DNA of 64,000 nucleotides, taken from NCBI GenBank assembly GCA_964388035.1, contig CAYLZE010000009.1, positions 36,801-100,800 on the forward strand, read 5' to 3'. The notes under the pieces were generated by a model. It was not told the origin of the DNA. It made no database searches and saw nothing but the letters and a program-made list of their open reading frames with translations. This stretch comes from an uncultured archaeon. GTDB lineage: Archaea; Asgardarchaeota; Lokiarchaeia; Sigyniarchaeales; SOKP01. Positions within the stretch are counted from its first letter, which is position 1; each line of letters opens with the position of its first letter. Shown here piece by piece: positions 9,608 to 20,467 of the stretch. The translations under genes were made by a program, and so were the position numbers.

Positions 9608-10687
9608 ATGGTGCATGATTGGGTAGCTTCAGTAGATAGAATTTTTAGAACGATTTCGGGCTCAAAGAGAATTGATAAAGTTCCTTTTCTCCCCTTTGCG
9701 GGGGAACAGATGATATGTCGGATTACGGGAAAAACTGTAAGGGAATTATACAATTCTGCAAAAATGTATGCGAATGCTATTATTACAACATATGAATATT
9801 TAAATGCAGATTCAATAAATGTTCCCTCTGCATATTCTGGACCGATCGAAGCATTGGCATTTGCCGAAGCAAATAATAAATTAGATATCATAAAATGGTT
9901 CGATTTTAAACCTTTAATGCTTAAACAAGGAGTGATCTGTCAATCTGAAGAAGATATTGAGAATTTAGAAATTCCAGATCATAGTAAAAATATTCTATGG
10001 AAAAATGCCTTAATGGCGGCCAAATTGATCAATGAGAAAACCAAATTTCCCCAAGTAATGAGCTTAAGTATTTGGTCTATTGTCCAGGAATTACGTGGTA
10101 TAGAAGCGTACAAGGATATGCGTCGAGATCCAGAATTATTGTTAAAATTATGTGAAAAAATTTATGAATCTCAAATGAATATATATGAAAATTGGCAGGA
10201 AATCGTGGGTATGCCTCCTAATGTTTTTATTGCAGGGTATTCTTTTAATAAACACATGATGAGTTTTCAAGATGCCATGAAATATGAAGGGCAATTTATT
10301 CAAAGAATGCAGAAGAAAATAAAAGTTCCTTTTTTGCTCCATAATTGTGGAACATCGCCTTATATTGATGAAGTACTAAATGAAATTGATTTTATTGGCA
10401 TTAATGGTTCTCACCCCTTAGATATTGAATTTTGGATTAACTTTAAAAAGAGATTTCCTAAAGTTGCAATTATCGGTGCAAATATTGATGTAAGTCGAGA
10501 AATGCTAACGGGAACCCCTCAGGATGTGGAACAAAAAGTAAAGGAAAATATCGTCAATTTAGCTCCGGGAGGAAGATATATTTGTTCTCCTGTTTGCAGT
10601 TTACCATGGGGAGTATCAATCCCAAATATAATGGCAGTATCTCAAGCGGTTGAAAAATATGGGCATTATCCTATAAAGTTAAGCTAA
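9608..10687 (+). CDS. MtaA/CmuA-like methyltransferase (uroporphyrinogen decarboxylase superfamily)
   Basis: Zn-binding LHNCG and SPVC; GTPQDVEQKV...LAPGGRYI; follows the corrinoid gene. Confidence 0.85.
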   Translation: MVHDWVASVDRIFRTISGSKRIDKVPFLPFAGEQMICRITGKTVRELYNSAKMYANAIITTYEYLNADSINVPSAYSGPIEALAFAEANNKLDIIKWFDFKPLMLKQGVICQSEEDIENLEIPDHSKNILWKNALMAAKLINEKTKFPQVMSLSIWSIVQELRGIEAYKDMRRDPELLLKLCEKIYESQMNIYENWQEIVGMPPNVFIAGYSFNKHMMSFQDAMKYEGQFIQRMQKKIKVPFLLHNCGTSPYIDEVLNEIDFIGINGSHPLDIEFWINFKKRFPKVAIIGANIDVSREMLTGTPQDVEQKVKENIVNLAPGGRYICSPVCSLPWGVSIPNIMAVSQAVEKYGHYPIKLS

Positions 10688-10758
10688 TCTTTAATCAAAA
10701 TCCAGAAAACATCGTGTGAAATTCTCATCATTAAGTTAGAAAAAAAAAGTTTAGTACA

Positions 10759-12018
10759 TTATTTTGATGTAAGAACTTCCTCAATAACATTTAGCGCCCA
10801 ATCAATATCGCTTTTTGAGATGATCAATGGAGGAGCAAATCGAATTGTTGTTTCATGAGTATCTTTTGCTAAAATTCCGTTCTTTAATAATTTTTCTACA
10901 ATGGGTCTTGCCACTTCCTTAAATTCTAAACCTATTAATAAGCCCTTACCACGTAATTCTTTTACGGCTATCACTGTATTTTTCGAGATTATATTTCTCA
11001 ATCCATCCATGAAATAATTTCCCAGAGTTTTTGCCCTTTCCGATAAATTATTTTCAATTATTAAGTCCAAAGCTTTCATTGCAATTGCTGATGCTAGAGA
11101 ATTTCCCCCGAAAGTACTTCCATGGGTACCTGATTTTATCACGTCGGGACCGATAATTTCACGATTGGCAATAACTGCTGATACAGGATATACTCCTCCA
11201 CCCAAAGCTTTTCCTAATATAAGTATATCTGGCTTAACATTTTCATGATCACACGCAAGAAATGCCCCCGTTCGGCATAAGCCAGTTTGAATCTCATCAG
11301 CTATCATCAAAACAGAATATTTACTACAAATTTCCCTTACTTTCTTTAAATATCCTTCAGGTGGCACAAGAACCCCCCCTTCTCCTTGAATTGGTTCTAA
11401 TAGGAAAGCTGCTACGTTTTGAGATCCCAAATCTTTAATTCTTTTCTCCAATTCTTCTGCATTTCCATAAGGGACTATATGAAACCCAGATGGGAAAGGA
11501 CCGAAATTATCATAGTATCTGCCGTGTTCAATATCCGTACTAAATCCTACTATAGTAATAGTTCTTCCATGAAAATTATTTTCACAAGCAATAATGTGAG
11601 CTTCTCCTTTAGGTATTTTTTTCTTAATATATCCCCAAGCACGAGCAACTTTAAGAGCCGTTTCCACAGCTTCGGTTCCACTATTCATGGGTAATGCCAT
11701 TAATCCCGAATTTTCCGGATCATTTACATGTGATTGGGTAATATTGCATAATTTCTTGAGAAAAGGCCCCATTTTGTCATTATGAAAAGCCCTTGAGGTC
11801 ACAGCCACTTTGCTTGCTTGCTCAGTTAAAACACGCACTATTTCTGGATGACAATGCCCTAAATTTTGACAAGAATATGCAGAGAGACAATCTAAATATC
11901 TTTTTCCTTCTGGATCATGAACCCAACATCCTTCCGCTTTAACAATTACAACGGGAAGGGGAGTGTAATTATGAACTCCATATGTAAAATCCATCTCCAT
12001 AAATTTTTTTGATTCCAT
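10759..12018 (-). CDS. rocD: Ornithine aminotransferase
   Basis: HNYTPLPVV, DCLSAYS, NFHGRT, DEIQTGL, GKALGGG, HGSTFGGN. Confidence 0.93.
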   Translation of the reverse strand: MESKKFMEMDFTYGVHNYTPLPVVIVKAEGCWVHDPEGKRYLDCLSAYSCQNLGHCHPEIVRVLTEQASKVAVTSRAFHNDKMGPFLKKLCNITQSHVNDPENSGLMALPMNSGTEAVETALKVARAWGYIKKKIPKGEAHIIACENNFHGRTITIVGFSTDIEHGRYYDNFGPFPSGFHIVPYGNAEELEKRIKDLGSQNVAAFLLEPIQGEGGVLVPPEGYLKKVREICSKYSVLMIADEIQTGLCRTGAFLACDHENVKPDILILGKALGGGVYPVSAVIANREIIGPDVIKSGTHGSTFGGNSLASAIAMKALDLIIENNLSERAKTLGNYFMDGLRNIISKNTVIAVKELRGKGLLIGLEFKEVARPIVEKLLKNGILAKDTHETTIRFAPPLIISKSDIDWALNVIEEVLTSK

Positions 12019-12422
12019 TTAGCAAGATCAACATAAGGGTATTATTCAATAGTTAAAAAAGAACGATAAGCTAAAAGGAATTGGAAAGTTTCTTCCCAAG
12101 ACATTCCCACTATAAGCATTTATAGATGATTATATATAAAAGAAAAAAAATTCCGTATCAATTCCCACCAGTAGAATTTAATTGCATACTTGGAGAATCT
12201 CTTTTACCTTTTTGCCATGCGGACTAGTTATATCAACTATATTAATATAAAAATTAAGTTTAAATATTGGGAAGCTTATTAAATATTGCAGTTGGTATTA
12301 TTTTTGAACATTATTACATTTATGGATCAGATGGAGTTCACGAATTGAAAATTGTTCAATAAAATACGAAATCAATGGAAGAAAATTAATTCAAATCATA
12401 TAGTATTAAATTATTTTAAGAT

Positions 12423-12689
12423 ATGTCTGAAAAAGTATCCGCTTCAAACCAAAGAGTTAAGAAGAACTCTACTTTAATAGAGATTGAGGAAGAATATTGC
12501 AAAGGTTGTGCGTATTGTATTGAAATTTGCCCCAAAGGCGTGCTAGCAGAATCTTTAAAAGTAAATAAAAAGGGATACACATTACCAGAAGTCAAAAATA
12601 TAGAAGAATGCATAAGATGTAAAAAATGTGAATTGATATGTCCCGAAATGGCCATTAGTATTAAGAAGGAGGAGGAGAAAAAAAAATGA
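12423..12689 (+). CDS. korD: 2-oxoacid:ferredoxin oxidoreductase delta subunit (2x4Fe-4S ferredoxin)
   Basis: CKGCAYCIEICP and CIRCKKCELICP. Confidence 0.9.
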   Translation: MSEKVSASNQRVKKNSTLIEIEEEYCKGCAYCIEICPKGVLAESLKVNKKGYTLPEVKNIEECIRCKKCELICPEMAISIKKEEEKKK

Positions 12690-13858
12690 AAGAAATCACG
12701 GTGGATGATATTTTAGAACCTAAGATTCAGTTTGCCACTGGGAATGACGCAATCGTTTATGGGGCATTATTGGCTAATTGTCGATTTTTTGCTGGTTATC
12801 CTATTACACCAGCCACTGAAATACTTGAACTCATGTCCAAATATTTACCGTTATTGAAAGATGGATACTGCTTACAAATGGAGGATGAAATTTCTTCCAT
12901 TGCAGCTATTATTGGAGCCAGTTGGAATAATTATCGTACGATGACTGCAACTTCTGGTCCCGGATTTTCTTTAATGCAGGAAAATTTAGGATACGCTTGC
13001 ATGACTGAAACTCCTTGTGTTATCGTGGATGTTCAAAGATCAGGGCCTTCTACGGGACAACCTACTAGACCAGCTCAAGGGGACCTCATGATGGCACGCT
13101 GGGGTACTCATGGGGATCATAATATCATAGCCATATATCCAAATAATGCTCAAGAATCTCTCTACTTGACAATTCGCGCGTTTAATTTAGCAGATAAATA
13201 TCGAGTGCCTGTAATAATATTATCGGATGCTGCTCTCGCTCATACGCGTGAGAAACTAATAATCCCGAGACAGAATGAAGTGGATATTATAAGAAGAGTT
13301 CCAGTTACTATAGAAAAAGCTAAATATCATCCCTTTCGCACGGGATATACGCGACCTTCTAAAGTTCCAGAAATGGATTATTTTGGTCAACAATATCATA
13401 CGTATTTAACGGGATTAACTCATGATTGGAAAGCTTATCCTTCGACAGATAGTGGAGAGGTACATGAACAATTAGTGCGGAGATTTTATGAGAAAATATC
13501 CGATAATCGAAAAGATATCATTGACATCGAGGAACAGTATTTGGACGATGCAGATATCGTGGTTGTTTCTTGTGGCATTGCTTCACGACCTGCTCTGGAA
13601 GCGGTTGAAATGGCGCGAGAACAGGGCTTAAGAGCAGGATATCTCCGATTAATCACAATTTGGCCCTTTCCTTATGAACGTATTTTAGATTTATCCTTAG
13701 AAATTAAAAAATACATTGTTGTAGAAATGAATTTGGGTCAAATGTTTCATAAAGTACTTGAACATGCTCGAGGACATTGTGATGTTGAAAGGTATCAGAA
13801 AATCGGCGGAGATATCCCCAAACCAAAAGAAATTTTAAAATTGATTAAAATGAGGTAA
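12686..13858 (+). CDS. korA: 2-oxoacid:ferredoxin oxidoreductase alpha subunit
   Basis: FAGYPITPATE, QMEDE, TATSGPGFSLMQE, QRSGPSTG. Confidence 0.93.
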   Translation: MKEITVDDILEPKIQFATGNDAIVYGALLANCRFFAGYPITPATEILELMSKYLPLLKDGYCLQMEDEISSIAAIIGASWNNYRTMTATSGPGFSLMQENLGYACMTETPCVIVDVQRSGPSTGQPTRPAQGDLMMARWGTHGDHNIIAIYPNNAQESLYLTIRAFNLADKYRVPVIILSDAALAHTREKLIIPRQNEVDIIRRVPVTIEKAKYHPFRTGYTRPSKVPEMDYFGQQYHTYLTGLTHDWKAYPSTDSGEVHEQLVRRFYEKISDNRKDIIDIEEQYLDDADIVVVSCGIASRPALEAVEMAREQGLRAGYLRLITIWPFPYERILDLSLEIKKYIVVEMNLGQMFHKVLEHARGHCDVERYQKIGGDIPKPKEILKLIKMR

Positions 13859-13862
13859 AAAA

Positions 13863-14735
13863 ATGTCTAAATCGTCAAAAGAATTACGAGAAAAATATTT
13901 ACGCAAGGATCTTCTTCCTTCCATTTTTTGTCCAGGATGCGGTATTGGTCAAGTTTTAAATTATGTCACCCGCGCAATTGATGATTTAAACATATCACAA
14001 GATAATCTAGTATTCGTGTCCGGAATTGGTTGTTCTTCTCGATTGCCTGCCTATTTTGAGGCATATGGAGTTCACACTACTCACGGTCGAGCAATAGCTT
14101 TTGCTACAGGGATTAAAGTCTCAAATCCTAAACTTAATGTCATCGTCTTCACGGGAGATGGTGATTTGGCGGCGATTGGATTAAATCATTTCTTACAAGC
14201 AGTTAGGAGAAATATTAATATTACCGTTATTTGTATTAACAATGAGAATTATGGCATGACTGGAGGACAAGTGAGTCCAACTACGCCGATGGGATATGTT
14301 ACCAAGACTACACCTTATCAAAATATTGAACATTCCTTCAATTTGTCGTTTTTAGCAAAGGCTGCTGGGGCAGTATATGTAGCTCGATGGACGACTGCTC
14401 AATCCAATCAAGCTATTAAATCCATAAAGAAAGGGTTGCAAAAAAATGGTTTTGCTTTTATTGAATTAATATCTCCTTGTCCGACTAATCGTAAGGAATA
14501 CAGGAATACCCGAGAATATTTAAGATTCCTCTCAGAGGAAACCATTCAATATGCCCCAGATTGTAAAGACGAGTATTCTGCTCATGTTTTTGAGGATTTA
14601 AGCGAATGTTTCACCACGCAATATGAAGGTAAGATAATAGTAGGAGAAATTGCGAATCAAGAAAAACCTGATTTTCATCAATTATATGAACAATTGCGCG
14701 AGAGAGTAAGAAATGAGTTCTGGAAAGAAGAATAG
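13863..14735 (+). CDS. korB: 2-oxoacid:ferredoxin oxidoreductase beta subunit
   Basis: FCPGCG, SGIGCS, HTTHGRA, TPP-binding GDGD...NN, YGMTGGQ. Confidence 0.93.
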   Translation: MSKSSKELREKYLRKDLLPSIFCPGCGIGQVLNYVTRAIDDLNISQDNLVFVSGIGCSSRLPAYFEAYGVHTTHGRAIAFATGIKVSNPKLNVIVFTGDGDLAAIGLNHFLQAVRRNINITVICINNENYGMTGGQVSPTTPMGYVTKTTPYQNIEHSFNLSFLAKAAGAVYVARWTTAQSNQAIKSIKKGLQKNGFAFIELISPCPTNRKEYRNTREYLRFLSEETIQYAPDCKDEYSAHVFEDLSECFTTQYEGKIIVGEIANQEKPDFHQLYEQLRERVRNEFWKEE

Positions 14736-15258
14736 TGATATCGGCATAAGATTTTGCGGAAGTGGAGGCATGGGAGTAATTCTTGCCAGTGTTATTTTAG
14801 GAACGGCTGCAATCCTGGATAATAAAAATGCAATTCAAAGCCAATCCTATGGAGCAGAACAAAGAGGTACAAAAGTAAAAAGTGATGTCATTATTTCAAG
14901 TAAGGAACGCATAAATTATCCTGTCATTGAAAAAGCGGATATTTTGGTTGCCCTTTCTAAAGACGCTTTTGATTTCTTTTTACCTGACACTTATCCAGCA
15001 AGTAAGGTTTTTATCAATTCAAATCTCATCCAATTAGCGGAAGAGCATGAAAAGATTTATAATGTTCCAGCAAAAGACCTTGCTTCAGACCTGAATTTTA
15101 CAAGAGGTGTTAATTTAGTAATGCTCGGGGGATTAATCAAAATTACCCACCTTGTTTCAATCGATTCAATAAAAAGTGCGATGGATCAATTTATTTCCGT
15201 AAAATACCGAGATATAAACATTAAAGCATTTCAAAAAGGGTATGATTATCTTCACTAA
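14713..15258 (+). CDS. korC: 2-oxoacid:ferredoxin oxidoreductase gamma subunit
   Basis: GSGGMGV, QSYGAEQRG, NLVMLG. Confidence 0.9.
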   Translation: MSSGKKNSDIGIRFCGSGGMGVILASVILGTAAILDNKNAIQSQSYGAEQRGTKVKSDVIISSKERINYPVIEKADILVALSKDAFDFFLPDTYPASKVFINSNLIQLAEEHEKIYNVPAKDLASDLNFTRGVNLVMLGGLIKITHLVSIDSIKSAMDQFISVKYRDINIKAFQKGYDYLH

Positions 15259-15358
15259 ATTCAGGGTTAGATTTCGAACATACATAGACCTAATATTCTA
15301 ATTCTTTTAATTTATTAGTGGAAAACATTTCAAATCTATTAATTTATTTAAAAATTTT

Positions 15359-16840
15359 TCAAATCTGAGATTCATTTATTATCCTTTTAATTTTTTCAGC
15401 TTCCTCATAGTTATTCTCATCCTCAAACCATTCAAGAGATTTTTGGAAATAATCCAAAGCAATCGCTTTATTTCCCTTGAGCAAGTGAATTTCCCCCATT
15501 TCTTTCAAATCATAGGCTTGATTATTTTTCCAACCATCTTGAACATCATTTTCATAGCATTTTTCGAAAATTTTAAGAGCTTTATCGAATTTCTCTTGTT
15601 TCTTATAAATGAAGCCCAAACTAAACCTACTATCCCCAAGTCTACGGTGATCATTCAATTTTTTATGAATTCGGATGGATTCCTCAAAATAGGGAATAGC
15701 TTCCATGCATTTATTTAAATAAAAATAACAATATCCAATATTATGAACCTCCTCTCCCATGAAGGATTCAACATTAGCTTTTTTATGAATTGCATAAGCT
15801 TTCTTATGCAGTTCAATAGATTTTACCCATTCGTTATTATATCTATGAACCACCGCCATGTGGTTTAACACATTTGCTTGAGCTATCTCATTGTTGACTT
15901 GCCCATAAAGTTCAAAGGCTTCTTGGTAAAATTTGAGCTTTTCATCTGGTTCCGATGCCCTCTGACCTCTCTCGAGTGCTTTATTCGCAGCTTTTCCTTT
16001 ATAGACAGGATCTAACCCTCCGTATCTGATAATATCTAAAACGTCCTTAATTTCTTTCTCATCCCTAATTCTTGCACCCTCCTTTATTTGATCTGATATT
16101 TTCCAAGCACGGGAAGCTTGATTTTTATGTCCTAAATCTTCTAATACACATCCTATATTATTCCAAATCTTATGGTCATTTGATCGATATAAGACTGCTT
16201 TTTTATATAATTCAAGTTCTTCCTCATGTTTTCCCAATCGGCCAATGATGGCTCCCTTAGAATAAAGTAATCGTCCACTCTCGGGATTTTTAGCAAGCCC
16301 TTTGTCATAAATTTCAAGGGCTTTTTCATTATCATTTTGATTGGCATGTATTGTACCTATTTGGTCCCACGCATCATCAGCTTTACCATTTAAATCAATA
16401 ACTTTTTGAAAATATTCCAATGCTTTTTCAGGATTTCCCAAATTTTTTAAATGAAAGCCAATATTGAAAAAAGCATCCTCGTCATCAGGATTGATTTGCA
16501 ATAATTTATTGTAGGTAGCAATCGCATTTTCACGAGAACCTAATCTTACCTGATTTCTTGCTAATAACTTATATGCACTGAAATTTTTGGGCTCTAATTT
16601 AATCGCTTTTTCAAGCATTTCAATTGCCTTCCCGTATTCTTCTTTCTTTTCATATATGATTCCTAAGTGATAATAAGCTTTGGGATGATCTGGCTTTAAT
16701 CTAATTATTTTTTGGAAGCATTCTAGTGCTTTTTCGACTTCACCTATTTTATTATATTCTAATCCTTTCTTCATTAAATTAATGATTTCATCCTCTATAT
16801 TCTCATCTAACATTTTATTATTCATTTTCTTAAAGAGCAA
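15359..16840 (-). CDS. Tetratricopeptide repeat protein
   Basis: Repeated ~34-aa TPR units (AYYHLG, AFFNIG, IWNNIG; C-terminal LNHMAVV/HNIGY type). Confidence 0.9.
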   Translation of the reverse strand: MLFKKMNNKMLDENIEDEIINLMKKGLEYNKIGEVEKALECFQKIIRLKPDHPKAYYHLGIIYEKKEEYGKAIEMLEKAIKLEPKNFSAYKLLARNQVRLGSRENAIATYNKLLQINPDDEDAFFNIGFHLKNLGNPEKALEYFQKVIDLNGKADDAWDQIGTIHANQNDNEKALEIYDKGLAKNPESGRLLYSKGAIIGRLGKHEEELELYKKAVLYRSNDHKIWNNIGCVLEDLGHKNQASRAWKISDQIKEGARIRDEKEIKDVLDIIRYGGLDPVYKGKAANKALERGQRASEPDEKLKFYQEAFELYGQVNNEIAQANVLNHMAVVHRYNNEWVKSIELHKKAYAIHKKANVESFMGEEVHNIGYCYFYLNKCMEAIPYFEESIRIHKKLNDHRRLGDSRFSLGFIYKKQEKFDKALKIFEKCYENDVQDGWKNNQAYDLKEMGEIHLLKGNKAIALDYFQKSLEWFEDENNYEEAEKIKRIINESQI

Positions 16841-17127
16841 ATTAGAATAATTTAAAATAAGAAATTCATGTTTTTGTATTCTTTTAATTCATTTAATGAG
16901 AAAATAATAGGCAGAAATATTCTTCTCTCCAAATTCCTAAATATTAATACAATATCAAGAATAAATTTTCAACTTAATTTTTATTTCTTTAATTATAACT
17001 ACCTTTTTCAGTCTTACCTGATAAGGATTGCCTACTTTGTAAAGCAAAGTGTTTAAATACTATGAATGATTAAGTACTTTGTAATACAAAGTTAAATAAA
17101 AATTAATAAAAAAAGAGCATTAATAAA

Positions 17128-18300
17128 ATGAAAAATGAATATATTTCAGGGAAAAAAGCATTGGTTGAGAAGGAGTTAGTGCAAACAAAGAGCCGATTTT
17201 TAGACTTTTTAACTCCAGCAATGGCTACTGAATCGGGGATGATAGTTGCTGCCCTCCTTAGTTTACCCTTATTATTTATAATCCTACTCTTTGACTTCTT
17301 GCTTCCCTTAAATTCGGTGTCAGGTAACCTGCTCCTTTTAGGCATGAGTCAATTAATTGGTTTTTTTATCGTCAAATTTGGTTTCATTCCACTCTTTAGA
17401 TCTAAGGAAATTGTCCATGAATCCGTGAACACTGTAAATTTTAGGAAAATGATCATGGGAATCACGATTGTATATAGCATGGCAATCTTGAGTAATATAA
17501 TTTTGATAAGCATTTTTAACTCGTTCGACTCTACACCTCAATCGGGATATGGTTCAATCTTGATAACTAAGGAGTTATTGAATGACCCCCTTACATTAAC
17601 ACTCTACTTTCTTGTGCCCACTCTTGGGGCGGGAGTTTTTGAAGAATTAGTCTATCGTAGAATGGTCATTCCATTATTAGAAGAGAGGGGAATGGCACCT
17701 AAATCCGCGGCACTTGCTTCTGCATTTATTTTCGCTTTAAGTCATTTACCTAATGATCTAATTAATGGTAATTTATCAGGAGGAATAGTCCATGTTTGGG
17801 GTGTATTTCTTATCGGTACAATGATGGGGCTCATTTATGTCCTCACGAGAAACATCATTTATCCCATAATAATGCATGCAACTGTCAATTTCATTTCCTT
17901 TCTTGGTCCTTATGTTCTATTATCAGAGAGCTTAGGATTATTAATTCTCTACGAATTGATAGTTTTTGCCCTTATTGGAGTGGGAAGCATTTTCGGAGTT
18001 TATCTATTGATACAATATTTCCGGCATTCTGACAAGGAGTGGATTCAGATGTTGAAAACAAGATCCCTTTTAGATATAAAAAAAGGATTCTTGGGATATA
18101 TGATCATTACAACAGTGATTTTAACCGCATTAGTTACAATAGACATCACCTTTACAATAATTCTAATTTCTGGGTTTAATGAAATATTAACGATCCTGTT
18201 ATACAGCGCCCTGCTAGGAATCATATTAACACTTCTATTGTGGGTTGGTTATAAAAATAGAATGAAAGCTATAAGGCAAGGTCTATTACCGTCAAGTTAG
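17128..18300 (+). CDS. CPBP/Abi (CAAX) intramembrane metalloprotease, copy 1
   Basis: EELVYR, FALSH, HATVN motifs; multiple TM helices. Confidence 0.9.
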   Translation: MKNEYISGKKALVEKELVQTKSRFLDFLTPAMATESGMIVAALLSLPLLFIILLFDFLLPLNSVSGNLLLLGMSQLIGFFIVKFGFIPLFRSKEIVHESVNTVNFRKMIMGITIVYSMAILSNIILISIFNSFDSTPQSGYGSILITKELLNDPLTLTLYFLVPTLGAGVFEELVYRRMVIPLLEERGMAPKSAALASAFIFALSHLPNDLINGNLSGGIVHVWGVFLIGTMMGLIYVLTRNIIYPIIMHATVNFISFLGPYVLLSESLGLLILYELIVFALIGVGSIFGVYLLIQYFRHSDKEWIQMLKTRSLLDIKKGFLGYMIITTVILTALVTIDITFTIILISGFNEILTILLYSALLGIILTLLLWVGYKNRMKAIRQGLLPSS

Positions 18301-18410
18301 ACTTACAAACCAATGGTTTTTAAAATTAATAATATTTTTTTTTATTTAAAAAACACAAGAAATATTAGAGTAAATTAATGGAAAAAACACTAAATAAAAG
18401 GGGTGCTTAA

Positions 18411-19100
18411 CTGAGAGCTAAAAATGATTCAAATAACGTTGAACACGATTTAAGAGAATTTGAGAAAAGGGCATTTAAAATGACTATTGATGATGGCTTT
18501 TTAGATATTTTATTTGGAATGATTTATTTAGGAATTGCATTAGATGCGCTTATTCAAATTCGAGTTATATTTCCTCTAGTATGGAATGCATTAGCAGTGA
18601 TAATTTTTTATGTAGGGAAAAAAAGGATTACAATTCCACGTTTAGGAATGGTTAAATTTGGAGCTAATAGGAATTCGAAGAGGAAAAAATTGAGATTTTT
18701 TACTTTTTTAATGGTTATTATAAGTTTCATTATTTTCATTCTTTCAATAAATGGAATTCTAAACAATATTCAATTAAATGGATATTTTCCCTACCTATTG
18801 ATAGACCTTTTTATTTTCATCGTTCCAATAGGTATTATTGCGTACTATTTAGATTTTACTCGCTTATACTTAATAGCCCTATTAGGAGGATTGGGGTTAA
18901 TCTTAACTTACCTTTTTAATCCCTTTTTTTCATCTTCTATAGAAAATTTAATTATTTTTGGTATAATTGGAGGAGCAATTATATTAATGGGATTAATATT
19001 TTTAGCGAATTTCCTCAAAAAACATCCATTACTAGAGGAAATTTATCAAGAGAGAAAAGAAAAGGAAAATGTATTAAATCAAAATAAATCTTCAAAATAA
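18411..19100 (+). CDS. Membrane protein, paralogue of 19150-19842
   Basis: DDGFLDILFG, IPRLGMVKFG. Homology (DLREFEKRAF) extends upstream of the ORF-track start to an in-frame CTG at 18411 after GGGGTG. Confidence 0.7.
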   Translation: MRAKNDSNNVEHDLREFEKRAFKMTIDDGFLDILFGMIYLGIALDALIQIRVIFPLVWNALAVIIFYVGKKRITIPRLGMVKFGANRNSKRKKLRFFTFLMVIISFIIFILSINGILNNIQLNGYFPYLLIDLFIFIVPIGIIAYYLDFTRLYLIALLGGLGLILTYLFNPFFSSSIENLIIFGIIGGAIILMGLIFLANFLKKHPLLEEIYQERKEKENVLNQNKSSK

Positions 19101-19149
19101 TAAAAAAATGTAAGATTAAGTTAAATAAAATCAATATAAAAAAAAATAT

Positions 19150-19842
19150 TTGAAGAAAAAAATTAAAGGTGAAATTTTAATAATGAAAGAGAAAGATATG
19201 AATGATGTACCTGAGGATTTAAAGAAATTGGAAAAAAAAGCGTTTAGAGCAACGCTCGATGACGGGTTTTTGGATATATTATTTGGGATGGTAATCTTAG
19301 GATTTGGACTAAATGCTGTAATTCCATTTAAAGGGGCTTCTATAATAGGGGGTTCTTTAATATTTCCCTTGTTTTGGAATGCCATTTCAGTAATCATCTT
19401 TTTTGTTGGTAAGAAATTTATTAGCATTCCAAGGATAGGTATTGTTAAATTTAGTCCAAAAAGGAGAGTAAAAAAGATCCGATTCAAAATCTTTATGGTT
19501 TTAATGCTCATAATAAACACGATTCTCTTGGTCATTATATTGAACAATTTATTCATTATTGAAGATGTGAATAGATATATCTTCCCCTTGGTCTTTGGGT
19601 TGCTCATAATCACACTTCCTTTAAGCGTGGTTGCTTATTTTCTTGATTTTTCCCGCTTATTTATCATAGGGTTATTCGGAGGTTTGGGGTTTTTTCTGAC
19701 AGAATTACTATATCCATTAGTTGGTGAACCTCTTGATTTCATATTGGTATTTGTTTCCATAGGAAGTGCTATAATTATGGGGGGAATGATCATTTTGATC
19801 AAATTTCTGAAAACTCATTCATTACCAGCAGATATGCCGTAA
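19150..19842 (+). CDS. Membrane protein (associated with winged-helix regulator)
   Basis: About 6 TM segments; DDGFLDILFG, IPRIGIVKF. Confidence 0.75.
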   Translation: MKKKIKGEILIMKEKDMNDVPEDLKKLEKKAFRATLDDGFLDILFGMVILGFGLNAVIPFKGASIIGGSLIFPLFWNAISVIIFFVGKKFISIPRIGIVKFSPKRRVKKIRFKIFMVLMLIINTILLVIILNNLFIIEDVNRYIFPLVFGLLIITLPLSVVAYFLDFSRLFIIGLFGGLGFFLTELLYPLVGEPLDFILVFVSIGSAIIMGGMIILIKFLKTHSLPADMP

Positions 19843-19854
19843 GAGGGATCAAGG

Positions 19855-20184
19855 GTGGGGAAAAAGAAAGATTTTAGCGGTATTCCAGCCATTGATGAGA
19901 TAGATAAGACCATACATGAGCCTGCCCGATTAATATTATTATCATATTTATATGTATTAGATAGCGCGGATTATCTTTACCTTAAAAATCTTACCGAACT
20001 AACTTGGGGTAATTTATCTTCGCATTTAACCAAATTGGAGGAAGCAGGTTATGTGGAAGTTAAAAAGGAATTTGTAAAAAAAAAGCCTCATTCCATGGTA
20101 AGTATTACTGAGAAAGGAAAGACAGCTCTTGAACAATATAGAATAAGAATGAAAAAACTGCTGAAGCGCCCTTTTGATAAGTAA
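19855..20184 (+). CDS. Winged-helix transcriptional regulator (HTH_34, ArsR/MarR-like)
   Basis: IHEPARL, LTWGNLSSHLTKLEEAGYV. Confidence 0.9.
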   Translation: MGKKKDFSGIPAIDEIDKTIHEPARLILLSYLYVLDSADYLYLKNLTELTWGNLSSHLTKLEEAGYVEVKKEFVKKKPHSMVSITEKGKTALEQYRIRMKKLLKRPFDK

Positions 20185-20467
20185 AAAATAGGAACAAAAT
20201 TATCAAATATTCTTTTTCCCCAATTACTTTTTTTTTTCTTTACTTTAAAGAAAACAAAATGACGCACTCCAATATGGATAACGCGTGCTGAATATGCTTG
20301 TTAGGGAATTTGATGAATATTAATAATCATGTAGCACAAATGGGGAAAATTAACAAGGATAAAAGCTATTTATAGAGCGTATTAAAACTCACTTGCATCA
20401 TATTAATAATTATTAATATTAAACTTCAAATTGTTATGTATACTTTAACTCATTGGAGAAATGAGTC

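Noticed and set aside
12020-12240. Possible structured leader or riboswitch upstream of rocD
   Set aside because: Only short imperfect stems; no recognisable riboswitch consensus
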